Assembly (NCBI GenBank): GCA_028287115.1
Contig: JAQBQF010000343.1
Coordinates: 1,733-65,732, forward strand
Direction of reading: 5' to 3'
DNA: 64,000 nucleotides
Source: Myxococcales bacterium
GTDB lineage: Bacteria > Myxococcota_A > Polyangia > Haliangiales > Haliangiaceae
Under the pieces are notes generated by a model, which was given only the letters and a program-made list of their open reading frames with translations, was not told the origin of the DNA and searched no databases. Positions within the stretch are counted from its first letter, which is position 1, and every line of letters starts with the position of its first letter. Position numbers and translations under genes: made by a program. This document shows positions 19,058 through 27,956 of this stretch, piece after piece.

Positions 19058-21856
19058 TCAGCACGCCGTCTCTGCGACGGTCTCGATCGCGATCGCGATC
19101 AACGCCGCGCAGTAGTCGAGATCGATGTTCTCGAGCGTGTCGTGCGTGTCGTGATAGCCCTTGCGGCTGATGTCGTAGTTCTCCATGAACAGCACGACCG
19201 GAATCCCGAGATCGGAGAAGCACTGGCCGTCGGTATTGAACAGCGCCGAGCGCGGCTCCCACTCGTCGCGGATCTCGCCATGCAGCGGCAAGTGCGCGAA
19301 CAGCGGCGGCGGCTCTTTGGCATCGGGCATCCGCTGGGCGCGGTTCGCGTGGTGCCGGTCCGGTGCGCGGTTCCACTCCGCGGCGGCGCGATTCCACTTG
19401 AGGTTCGCGCGGTGTGCGTTGCGTGCAAGCCGTGCCGAAGCCGCGCCTTCTCCGGGCGCGATCTGAAACACGTCTCGATCGCGGTCGGAGTTGTGGCCGA
19501 CCATGTCGAGGATGAATGCGCCGACGACCTCGACGTGCGACATCTCGCGGCGGCTGCCGTCTTCCGCCGTGAACGCGAGGCTGCGCTCGACGAGTGCTTG
19601 TGCCAACGCGCGAGCACCGAGGCTGTCCGCCGGAAATTCTTCGCCGGTCAAATGGACGAGCCAGACATCGCGCTCGAGCTTGCCCGCGCGCGCGAGCGGT
19701 AGCAGTTGCTCGGCGGCGAGCAGTAGCGCCGTGGTCGCCGAGTGGTTGTCGTCGGCGCCGCGCGAGGCTGCGCGCAGGAAGTCGCCCCCGGTCTCGGGAT
19801 AGAACACGTCTTCCATGTATGCCGTGTCGTAGTGATCTCCCATGATCACGGCCTCGTTGCGATTCGCGCCCGGAATCACGAGCACGATGTTGCGTTCGTG
19901 ATCTCCCGTTTGATTCTTCGCCCAGCCTTCCATCCACGGGAACTCGAAGTCGGTCTCCCAGCGAAACACGTGATCGACGACCTCGGCGCGCCCGGTCATC
20001 CCGGTTCGTTCGATCAACTCGCGATAGCGTGCGTGCAGATGATCGCCGAGGGCTTCGAGATCGCGCTTCTCGTGCGCGACGACGTGCGCCGCCTTCGCCG
20101 CGGGACCGCCGTGCTTGCCACGGTTCACCGAGATGCCGTCTGCATCGTTCTTCTGACGAAACGCTCCATGCGACAGCTCGTAGATCGAAGCCCAGATCTG
20201 CTCTTCGAACGCGCGCGTGCCGAGCTTGTCGATCACGTGCACCTGACCGACGTCCTCCTCGCCGGCGATCGCGGCCTCGAGTGACGAGGCGAAGCGAGCA
20301 CCGGCCGCGCGTTCGCGAGCGCACGCGGGCAGATCCGCGAGCCAGTCTTCGAGCTTGACGTCTTTGCCGAGGTGAACGAGAGCACGCGCGAGCGAAGCGG
20401 ACATCGGCGCGCCGAGGTGCGCGTGCATCTCGAGCAGCTTGCGTGCGTTGATGCTCGTGGTGTGTCGAGGTCGTCCGGCGTCACGCGGAAACAGCCGCGC
20501 GGCCGCGAGATGAAGCGGGCGCTCGAGCAGCTTGGCTCGCAGCCTGATCGAAGGCGCCCCCGCCGCTTCCGCCGTGACATAGCCTCGCGGCCCCTCGCGA
20601 AACCGGCCGCGCTGCTTCGACGCGACGAGCGGCAGGTGCCAGAACACCTCGCGAATCCCGGCGCGCATCGGCGGGTAGTACATGCGATAGCCGTAGCGAC
20701 CACCGCGGTCGACGATCTTTGCCGCGTGCTCGAGGGCCTTGCGATCCGCAGCCGGTCCGTCGAGGAGTAGCTGATAGTCCTCGGTCCAGATCTGCGAGTT
20801 GCGCGCGAGCGGCTTGTCGTAGAGATCGACGGCTTTGGGATCCGTCGAGAACAGCGCCGTCGAGACCTTGTCGGTATAGGCATCGTCGCCACCGACATCC
20901 TCGTCGCGCGCGCGCCGCTGCCAGCGATGCGAGCGGACGAGCTCACCGACGACGCGGTGACCCTGCCCGCCGCCATCACCTTCATCGAGCCAGCCCGACT
21001 GAGGGATGCGGATCGTGCACGCGCTCTCGATCCTCGGAAACAGGTGCAGCAGCGGAATCTGCATCGCCCGCGGCAGTTGCTGCGCGAGCTTGCGATACTG
21101 CGGATGCTCTGCGAACACGAGGCTGGCCGGCGTCGGGATCAGCTCGAGTGTCCGCGCGAGATACGCCTCGCGGATCGCGGCCGGGAGCTGCGTGAACGGC
21201 GTGAACGTGACGATCGCGCGCAAGCCGGCGAGCTCGCCTGACTCCGGCTCGAGCACACGGCTGCGCAAGGCTTCCGGCAGCTCGCCGCGATCCGCAAAGA
21301 TCCGCCATTCGCCGTCGCAACCCGCCCACGCGATGAGCTCGCCGAGCTGCGCCACATCGAGACCGTGCCACACCGAGGCGGTGCCTTCGTGGCTCGCGCC
21401 GAACAGCGTCCAGCGCTCGTTGCCTTTGTCGTCTTGCGTACGCGACAGCGCGAGCGGCTGGATCACGACCAGCGGATCGTCCGCGAGCTGACCCTTGCGC
21501 GCCGCTTCGGCGAGCTCCGCCGGCCAAGCCGGATTGCCGGTGAGTGCGGTGCGCGAGAAGGCGTGCGACTCGCCGCGCATGAGCTTGCCGATCTCGTCGA
21601 CCAGGTGGCTCGCGATCCAGTCGAGCCCCGGCTCGAGATCGTGCGCTTGCTCGTATTCGTCGACGTCGAGGGCATGCTCGTCGGAGATCGCGCAGGTCGC
21701 GGCGGCTTGCTTCAGATCTGGCGCGTACGGCTTCAGGCCGACGTAGGGCGGCGGCATGAATTCCGAGTACGCGCGCAAGGGAAACTTCCCGAGTCCCAGG
21801 AAGGCGCCCTGCGCCTCGGCCGCGATCTGCTGCCATGTCCCCACCGGATTGGTCAT
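19058..21856 (-). CDS. 932-aa protein: about 620 aa unknown N-terminal region fused to an M28-family zinc peptidase domain
   Basis: The C-terminal third carries M28-type motifs MGDHYDTAY, GADDNHSATT, HLTGEEFPADSLG, FILDMVGHN and KGYHDTHD. I see no signal peptide. Confidence 0.8.
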   Translation of the reverse strand: MTNPVGTWQQIAAEAQGAFLGLGKFPLRAYSEFMPPPYVGLKPYAPDLKQAAATCAISDEHALDVDEYEQAHDLEPGLDWIASHLVDEIGKLMRGESHAFSRTALTGNPAWPAELAEAARKGQLADDPLVVIQPLALSRTQDDKGNERWTLFGASHEGTASVWHGLDVAQLGELIAWAGCDGEWRIFADRGELPEALRSRVLEPESGELAGLRAIVTFTPFTQLPAAIREAYLARTLELIPTPASLVFAEHPQYRKLAQQLPRAMQIPLLHLFPRIESACTIRIPQSGWLDEGDGGGQGHRVVGELVRSHRWQRRARDEDVGGDDAYTDKVSTALFSTDPKAVDLYDKPLARNSQIWTEDYQLLLDGPAADRKALEHAAKIVDRGGRYGYRMYYPPMRAGIREVFWHLPLVASKQRGRFREGPRGYVTAEAAGAPSIRLRAKLLERPLHLAAARLFPRDAGRPRHTTSINARKLLEMHAHLGAPMSASLARALVHLGKDVKLEDWLADLPACARERAAGARFASSLEAAIAGEEDVGQVHVIDKLGTRAFEEQIWASIYELSHGAFRQKNDADGISVNRGKHGGPAAKAAHVVAHEKRDLEALGDHLHARYRELIERTGMTGRAEVVDHVFRWETDFEFPWMEGWAKNQTGDHERNIVLVIPGANRNEAVIMGDHYDTAYMEDVFYPETGGDFLRAASRGADDNHSATTALLLAAEQLLPLARAGKLERDVWLVHLTGEEFPADSLGARALAQALVERSLAFTAEDGSRREMSHVEVVGAFILDMVGHNSDRDRDVFQIAPGEGAASARLARNAHRANLKWNRAAAEWNRAPDRHHANRAQRMPDAKEPPPLFAHLPLHGEIRDEWEPRSALFNTDGQCFSDLGIPVVLFMENYDISRKGYHDTHDTLENIDLDYCAALIAIAIETVAETAC

Positions 21857-21887
21857 CGTTGCGAAGACTACGATAGGCTCGTGATCG

Positions 21888-22475
21888 GTGGATGATCCGA
21901 GGTTTGCGATCGACTGGACGAGCGATGTGGGGCAACTCGCCGCACTCGAGCCAAAGCTGCAAGAAGTCGCCGCGCGTGCGAGCCAGCTCGCCGCCGGCTA
22001 CAACGAGCCGCGTAACGCGAAGCTGATGGGACACGAACATCCGATCTCGGAGTTCGAGGTCGTCGATCACTACGAGGCGATGTTTGAAGAAGGCGCCCGC
22101 GTATTCCTGTTGTATCGCGACGCGCAACTCGTCGGAGATGCCGACCTTCGCGGGATTCGCAACGGCACCGCCGAGTTCGCGTTCATGGTCGCCGCCCCGG
22201 CCGAACAGGGCAAAGGCCTCGGCACGAAGTTCGCGCTGATGGTCCACGCATTCGCGTTTCGTCGGCTCGCGCTGCATCACGTGTTCGCTTCGATCGTCCC
22301 CGAGAACGTCGCATCGCGCCGGGTGTTCGAGAAGCTCGGTTACATCCGCGATGATGGCCCCGTCGCACGCGAGTACGCCGACGAACGGGACGACATCGTG
22401 ATGGCGATCGATCGCGACACGTTCGAGCAGCTCCACGCGAAGCAACTTCGCGAGATCACGATCGCGCCGAGGTAA
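21888..22475 (+). CDS. GNAT family N-acetyltransferase (RimJ/RimL-like)
   Basis: GTG 21888. Acetyl-CoA-binding region AAPAEQGKGLGTKFALMVHAFAF and C-terminal NVASRRVFEKLGY. Confidence 0.85.
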   Translation: MDDPRFAIDWTSDVGQLAALEPKLQEVAARASQLAAGYNEPRNAKLMGHEHPISEFEVVDHYEAMFEEGARVFLLYRDAQLVGDADLRGIRNGTAEFAFMVAAPAEQGKGLGTKFALMVHAFAFRRLALHHVFASIVPENVASRRVFEKLGYIRDDGPVAREYADERDDIVMAIDRDTFEQLHAKQLREITIAPR

Positions 22476-22586
22476 CCCCTCGATTGCCAGGCTCTGCCGT
22501 CAGAGACCCATCGTCGAAGATTCACCACGGCGGCGCTAACTACGCCTGGCGACTCGCGGCAGCACGCGGCATCGCAGTCGCATGTT

Positions 22587-23291
22587 GTGGCAAGCATGCT
22601 GCCGCTGCTGATCGCCCCGCTCGCGTCTGGTGCCGCTGTCGGTCTCGCGTACCTGTTTTGCTACGGTGGCTTCGAGGGTCCCGTCGATTGGGCCAACGAG
22701 CTCGACACGCATGGCTCGCGCGATCGCCGTTCGCTCGCGCTGACGTTCGACGATGGTCCGGACCCGAGCCGCACGCCGTTGCTGCTCGATCTCCTCGCCG
22801 AGCTCGACATCAAGGCGACGTTCTTCCTGCTTGGAAACCGGGTCGACGCGCATCCCGACTTGGCCCGCCGCATCGTCGCGGAGGGTCACGAGATCGGAAA
22901 TCATACCTATAACCATCGCTACCTCCCGCTCGCACGATCGCGCAGCGTCGCCGCCGAGCTCGAAGCGACAGACCGCGCGATCGCCCGGGCCACCGGCATC
23001 ACGCCGGTGCTCGCGCGCCCTCCTTATGGTGGTCGCTCGCCTCGCAACGTGCGCGTGTTCGATCGCCTCGAAAAGCGGCTCGTCCTGTGGGACGTCAACA
23101 GCTACGACTGGCGAGGTGCGCCGGCCGCCGAGGTCGCGCACCGGGTCGTCGAACAAGTGCGCCCCGGCAGCATCATCCTGATGCACGAGGCGCGCGAAGG
23201 CGGCGAGACGACGATCGACGCCGTCCGCGCACTCGTACCAACGCTACAGAACGAAGGCTTCGAGTTCACGACCGTCACCGGCGTGCTCTGA
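22587..23291 (+). CDS. polysaccharide deacetylase (NodB homology domain) with N-terminal TM
   Basis: Motifs LTFDDGPDP, HEIGNHTYNH and ILMHE. GTG 22587 or ATG 22596 are possible starts. Confidence 0.9.
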   Translation: MASMLPLLIAPLASGAAVGLAYLFCYGGFEGPVDWANELDTHGSRDRRSLALTFDDGPDPSRTPLLLDLLAELDIKATFFLLGNRVDAHPDLARRIVAEGHEIGNHTYNHRYLPLARSRSVAAELEATDRAIARATGITPVLARPPYGGRSPRNVRVFDRLEKRLVLWDVNSYDWRGAPAAEVAHRVVEQVRPGSIILMHEAREGGETTIDAVRALVPTLQNEGFEFTTVTGVL

Positions 23292-24416
23292 CTACTTGTG
23301 CGCGGCAGGCGGCATCATGCCGAGCTGGCTCATGAGCGCCGCGTTCTGAAAGAACAGCCAGGTCGCGGCAACCTTGCCGTTGTCGATCTTGTCGATCTGC
23401 ACGAACGGTAGCTGCACCTTGTTGCCGGTCTTCTTCATCTTCATCATCGGCATGTCGCCGTCGTTCGTGCCCTCCATCGTCGCGACGGTCACGACGTAGT
23501 CGCCCGCTGCCCAGTGCGAGGATCGATCGTTACCTGGGGAGATCTTGATGTCGGAGAACGCCTTCCAGAACTGGTCGGTGCTCTGCAACGTGGTCTTCTT
23601 GTCGGTATCGCTCGGACCGGCAGCGACGAACCACTTGAGGTCATCCGCGAGCAGGTCTCCGAACGCCTTGAGATCGTGCTTGTTGAACGCATCGAGCAGC
23701 TTGGTGTCCGTTGCGAGGTTCGCCTGTTCTTTATCGTCGTCCTTCGCGACCACGACTTGCGCGGGCATCGGCAGCTTGTCGACCGCGGCGCGCACCGGAT
23801 GATTCTTCGTCGGGCTTAGCTGACCGAGGACCGTGGCCATGTCGTAGAAGTCCCACTCGTGCTTGACGCGAGAGGCGTCATCGACCTCGAACGCCTGCGC
23901 GATGAACACGCCCATCTTCTTGTGGGTCGCCGGCATCTCGGTCAGCGGTGCCTTCATCGGCCCGGTGTTGGTGCCGCTCAGCAGCACGACGCTGACCTCT
24001 TTGTGACCGTTGACGAGCAACAGCTGGATGTCACCCTTGAGGTCGGGAATCGGGCCCTTCAGCGTCTTCGCAGATGCGACGACGGCATCGACACCGTTCG
24101 CGGCGGGGGTGCCGAGGCCCGGTGTCTCGGCGATCGCATCGCTCGTGTAGCAGGTCTTGAATTCGTCCGACTCGTTCGCATTCCAGAATCCCCAGCAGTC
24201 GGCGAAGCGCTTCCCCATGTCTTCGGCGGTCAGGTTTGCCGGCGGAGCCGCAGAGCCGGTGGCCGAGCCCGCAGATCCGGTCGGCATCGGCGTCCCCATC
24301 GAGCCGCCGCTTCCCATGGTTTCGGAACCCGTGATCGCAGCGCCCTCTTCAGGTTTCTTCTTACAGCCCGCGCCGACCACACCGACCAAGACCACCAACC
24401 AGATCATTCGCTTCAT
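23292..24416 (-). CDS. lipoprotein with two NTF2/SnoaL-like-looking halves
   Basis: ATG 24416 gives MKRMIWLVVLVGVVGAGC (lipobox). Two similar halves. The fold assignment is tentative. Confidence 0.6.
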   Translation of the reverse strand: MKRMIWLVVLVGVVGAGCKKKPEEGAAITGSETMGSGGSMGTPMPTGSAGSATGSAAPPANLTAEDMGKRFADCWGFWNANESDEFKTCYTSDAIAETPGLGTPAANGVDAVVASAKTLKGPIPDLKGDIQLLLVNGHKEVSVVLLSGTNTGPMKAPLTEMPATHKKMGVFIAQAFEVDDASRVKHEWDFYDMATVLGQLSPTKNHPVRAAVDKLPMPAQVVVAKDDDKEQANLATDTKLLDAFNKHDLKAFGDLLADDLKWFVAAGPSDTDKKTTLQSTDQFWKAFSDIKISPGNDRSSHWAAGDYVVTVATMEGTNDGDMPMMKMKKTGNKVQLPFVQIDKIDNGKVAATWLFFQNAALMSQLGMMPPAAHK

Positions 24417-24491
24417 GCTGTTCAGTCTCCTTGGCGAATGGCTTAGCTCGCGGGGCATAACGATTGCAACTTGCCAATCCAGGAGGTGGAT

Positions 24492-24707
24492 ATGCCGGAA
24501 CAGAAACCAAACGGTGGCAGCGAGAGATTTCGCGACGAGAAGCGGGAGGGCGGGCCGCGCGTTCACGGACACCAGTGGGTCGAAGACGAAAAGCCGGTGT
24601 CGGACTCCGAAACGGTGACAGATGACGCGGTGCCCGAGGCCGAATCAGGCGGTGACCGCGAGGGCATCGGCAAGGCGCACAGTCAGCCCGGCAGATCGCG
24701 CAAGTGA
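24492..24707 (+). CDS. small acidic hydrophilic protein (71 aa), unknown function
   Basis: ATG 24492 lies 5 nt after a perfect AGGAGG (24481-24486). Its 3' end overlaps the xthA 3' end by 25 nt. Confidence 0.45.
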   Translation: MPEQKPNGGSERFRDEKREGGPRVHGHQWVEDEKPVSDSETVTDDAVPEAESGGDREGIGKAHSQPGRSRK

Positions 24708-25438
24708 GCGATCACCGGCGCGTGATCGCTCGTGCCGACCTCTCGATATGACTTGCACGTCGTCGTTCCGTCGACGAGCGCATGACTCGCGGCGATGTAA
24801 TCGAGGCGCCAGCCAATGTTGCGCTGCCGCATGTTTCGCCAGGGCGCCCACCACGTGAACAAGCGATCGTTGTCGGGATCGACATAGCGGCCGACATCTA
24901 CGAGCCCGTGCGAGAACAGGTTGTCGATCAGATCGCGCTCCGGGTGCGATTGGCCGACCATGTCCTTGCGCAACACCGGATGAACATCGCGATCGGTCCG
25001 CGCGACATTGAAGTCGCCGCTGAGGATCAGGTGCTTGCCCGCTGCTTCGAGCGCCCCCGCCCACGCCTCGATCTCGCGGAGGAACAGCACCTTTGCGGCG
25101 AAGTCTTTTCCTCCGTTCGGAATGTAGACGGAAGCGAGCACGAGCGAGCCCGTCTCCGCGACCACGATCCGGTTCTCGAGATCGAACGGCGGATGGATGA
25201 ATGTCGGCGGTTCGGGAAACTTGGCCGTGCGAAGCATCAGCGCGACGCCCGAGTAGCCGCCGGTGCCGTGCCAGTGCGCGTGATAGCCGGCAATCTGCGC
25301 GAGCGGTTCGGGTACTTGCTCCGGCGAGGCTTTGATCTCCTGAAGGCACACGACATCCGGCTCCTCGCCGTCGATCCAGTGCACGACCTGCGAGGATCGC
25401 GCTCGGATGCCGTTGACGTTCCAGGTCGCGACCTTCAC
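24683..25438 (-). CDS. xthA: exodeoxyribonuclease III
   Basis: VKVATWNVNGIRAR, VVCLQEIK and C-terminal SDHAPV. GTG 25438 chosen as start. Confidence 0.92.
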   Translation of the reverse strand: MKVATWNVNGIRARSSQVVHWIDGEEPDVVCLQEIKASPEQVPEPLAQIAGYHAHWHGTGGYSGVALMLRTAKFPEPPTFIHPPFDLENRIVVAETGSLVLASVYIPNGGKDFAAKVLFLREIEAWAGALEAAGKHLILSGDFNVARTDRDVHPVLRKDMVGQSHPERDLIDNLFSHGLVDVGRYVDPDNDRLFTWWAPWRNMRQRNIGWRLDYIAASHALVDGTTTCKSYREVGTSDHAPVIAHLRDLPG

Positions 25439-25615
25439 GCGACATTGATTAGCAGGAACGTGCTCCTCGTTCCACGCCCGGCGGGACGCGGCACGTAGCA
25501 CGCTCGATCGAAACGTCGAGATCCGGAGTTGCGAGCAGCCGGGCGCGCGGCTCGATCGGATGCAACGCAGAGTGGCTGCAAAAATCGCGAACGAGCGTAA
25601 CGAAGCGTTGCTCGC

Positions 25616-25645
25616 CGAGTTGAATCCGGCTCTCGAGTTGAATCC
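25616..25645. repeat. 12-nt direct repeat CGAGTTGAATCC x2 (25616-25627 and 25634-25645)
   Basis: Read directly. The copies are 18 nt apart start to start and lie 20-50 nt upstream of the TTG/GTG start of 25664..26374. Possible operator. Confidence 0.3.
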
Positions 25646-25663
25646 CTTCCTCCCGATCGGCTA

Positions 25664-26374
25664 TTGGTGCGTGTGCTCAAGTTCGACGACGACGACGAGA
25701 CTGTTCCCATCACGGATCCCGCGGTCGTGTTGGTGAGGCGGCTCAAGCAGGCAGGCCGGCCGACGCAGGCCTGGCAGGCGGACCCCGATCCGATCGACGC
25801 CGCGTGGCAAGCGAGCGCCTCGCCGCGCGCGATGATCCAGCTGCTGTCGTTTGGTTCGCGGCTGAACCTGTTCGACGTCGACAGCATGAGCGAGCGCGGT
25901 GGCATCGGTTGGTTGTTCCGTTACCGCGATCCAGACGGTCGCTATCACCGGATCGAGCTCAGCTATCAAGCAGGTGCCGCTGGACTTCGCGCGCTGATCG
26001 AGCGACTGCCACCGCTCGGTGAATGGATCCGAGCAGGACAGGTCCAGCGCGCCGCGATCGTGGATCCGGTCGCGGCCCTCGTGTCCGATCTGCGCGCGAT
26101 GGGCGTTGCGTCCGCGGAATGGGTGGAACAATGGAAATCGATCCGCGCCGCGTGGGACGCGAGCGGCAGCGGCTCGGCGATGCGCGACCTGCTCTCGGTG
26201 GTCGGCCGCAACGATCTCTTCGCGGTTGCGCACGCTGCCTGCGTGAGGATGCCGGCACCAAATCCCGTTTCCCATCACCGCACGATGCTACCGGTCGAGC
26301 ACGACGGCATCATGGCCGAGCTCGAGCGGGGCATGGCGAATGCGATCCGCCAGGCGATGCCAAACCCGTTCTGA
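25664..26374 (+). CDS. hypothetical protein
   Basis: 236-aa ORF with host-like codon usage. Start could be TTG 25664, GTG 25667 or GTG 25673. No recognised family. Confidence 0.55.
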   Translation: MVRVLKFDDDDETVPITDPAVVLVRRLKQAGRPTQAWQADPDPIDAAWQASASPRAMIQLLSFGSRLNLFDVDSMSERGGIGWLFRYRDPDGRYHRIELSYQAGAAGLRALIERLPPLGEWIRAGQVQRAAIVDPVAALVSDLRAMGVASAEWVEQWKSIRAAWDASGSGSAMRDLLSVVGRNDLFAVAHAACVRMPAPNPVSHHRTMLPVEHDGIMAELERGMANAIRQAMPNPF

Positions 26375-26375
26375 A

Positions 26376-27104
26376 TCACGGCTTCTCGCGTTCGAGATCC
26401 GCGATCACCGACGACGGACCACTCGCGACATCGCGGATCTCTCCGGCTACCTGCGCCAGCTCGCTCGCAGGTTCGGGTTTCGGTGCGTGCCATGGCAACG
26501 CGCGGCCGAGGTCTTCGAGACCGACGAGCTCCGCGAGCGGCGGTAGATCGCGAGGCTTGAACAGCTTCGACCGGTGCGTGACGCCGAGCGCGACCACGAC
26601 ACATTCGCCTGACCGCCCGAGCACGGGATCCGGTGGTAACCACGCGTAGAGTGCAGCGCCGTCGGCGATCGCATCGACATCGAGGTTTTCGATCGGGCTC
26701 GCGAGCCTCGTGACCTCATCCAGCATACCGCCGCCATCCTGGGCGTCGATGTGGACCGGCACGATCCGACGCGAGAAGCCGGCGTCCGCGGTCTGGATCA
26801 CGACGAGCGCCGCGGGTGCGCCGCGCGTATCGAGCGTTGCGCAGACCGAGCCGAGCTGGAGAGGCGCGACGTCGAGCGACTCGTCGTCTGGAAACGCGGC
26901 GCCGAGCTCGATGATCCCGATCGCGGCGTTGCGGCCCATCATCCAGGATGCGACCGGGATCGTTTGCGAGCCATCGAGCTTGGTCGCGATCGCGAGCGGC
27001 TCTCCGGCAAGACGCAACAGCTCGGCGCTCGAGAATCCGATGGTTCGCTCGCCATTCGTGATCAAGGTGCACGATCCGACTAACCGTGGCGCAGCGCCCA
27101 GCAT
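26376..27104 (-). CDS. hypothetical protein
   Basis: Protein-like part of ORF 26376..27296. ATG 27104 gives MLGAAPRLVGSCTLI. Start is uncertain. Confidence 0.5.
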   Translation of the reverse strand: MLGAAPRLVGSCTLITNGERTIGFSSAELLRLAGEPLAIATKLDGSQTIPVASWMMGRNAAIGIIELGAAFPDDESLDVAPLQLGSVCATLDTRGAPAALVVIQTADAGFSRRIVPVHIDAQDGGGMLDEVTRLASPIENLDVDAIADGAALYAWLPPDPVLGRSGECVVVALGVTHRSKLFKPRDLPPLAELVGLEDLGRALPWHAPKPEPASELAQVAGEIRDVASGPSSVIADLEREKP

Positions 27105-27280
27105 CACGAGCGGCGCGACCGCGCGAAGCTCGGTGGCAGTCTCGCGCGTTTTCCCCAGAGGCACGGGACCAGGGTGACATAGCGAGCATGGAGCGCTCAA
27201 CTCCCAGGGCCGGCGAGTGCGCGCCGTGCGCTTACGCCCCACGACATCCCCCGGCATACGGGATGCACGAATGCCGAGCC

Positions 27281-27883
27281 ATGACCCGAGTCGCACAAGA
27301 AAATAACCTGCAGGCCCGAGTTCGGCGTTACCGCATGGTCGTCGGCATCGATCTGACGGAGTACTCCGAGATCGTACTCGAGCACGCGCTCGATCAAGCC
27401 GCTCGTCACGAGGCGCCCGAGCTGCACTTCTTGTACGTCAAAGAGAACAAGAAGCGTGCGGCGGAGGAAATGAAGCAGCGCCTGTCGGCGATCGTGTTTC
27501 CAGCGCTGCAGACGTTCAATCAGTACGGCACGAACTGGCGCGCTCGGCTGCACGTGCGTGCGGGTAAGCCCGACCAAGAGATCGCGATGCTCGCCGCTGA
27601 CGTGCGCGCAGATCTGATCGTGATCGGTCAGTTCGGGCTGCATAGCAGCACCGAGAAGTACAAGACCGTTCCGGGTCGCGTGCTCAATGCCGCGCCCTGC
27701 CCGACGCTGGTGGTCGGCATGCCGCAGCCGATGAGCGATCTCGATCAATGTGCGTTCTGTGCGGCGGTGCGCGAGGACAGCGATGGCGAACGCTGGTTCT
27801 GTGACGGTCATTCGGAGCCGCGGCACGCCGAACACATGGTCACCCCGATGACCGTCTGGACCGGCGGCAGCCTGATGTGGTGA
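27281..27883 (+). CDS. universal stress protein (UspA family) with a C-terminal Cys/His tail
   Basis: MVVGIDLTEYS, ADLIVIGQFG and PCPTLVV. The tail is CAFCAAVREDSDGERWFCDGH. ATG 27281 or 27335 are possible starts. Confidence 0.8.
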   Translation: MTRVAQENNLQARVRRYRMVVGIDLTEYSEIVLEHALDQAARHEAPELHFLYVKENKKRAAEEMKQRLSAIVFPALQTFNQYGTNWRARLHVRAGKPDQEIAMLAADVRADLIVIGQFGLHSSTEKYKTVPGRVLNAAPCPTLVVGMPQPMSDLDQCAFCAAVREDSDGERWFCDGHSEPRHAEHMVTPMTVWTGGSLMW

Positions 27884-27956
27884 AGTCCCGCTTCTCGACG
27901 ATCGGCCACGTGCTCGGTGCGTTCACGAATCCTTCGGATGCGCGCTGGGCGAGACG

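Noticed and set aside
16952-21856. Treating the AAA+ ATPase and the M28 fusion protein as one unfoldase-peptidase system.
   Set aside because: The genes are convergent, not co-transcribed, and I have no conservation data. The idea is mentioned only as context.
22550-22582. Imperfect inverted repeat GCGACTCGCG...CGCAGTCGC just upstream of the deacetylase start.
   Set aside because: It has a bulged stem and a 14-nt loop, with no T-tract. Chance occurrence is plausible in GC-rich DNA.
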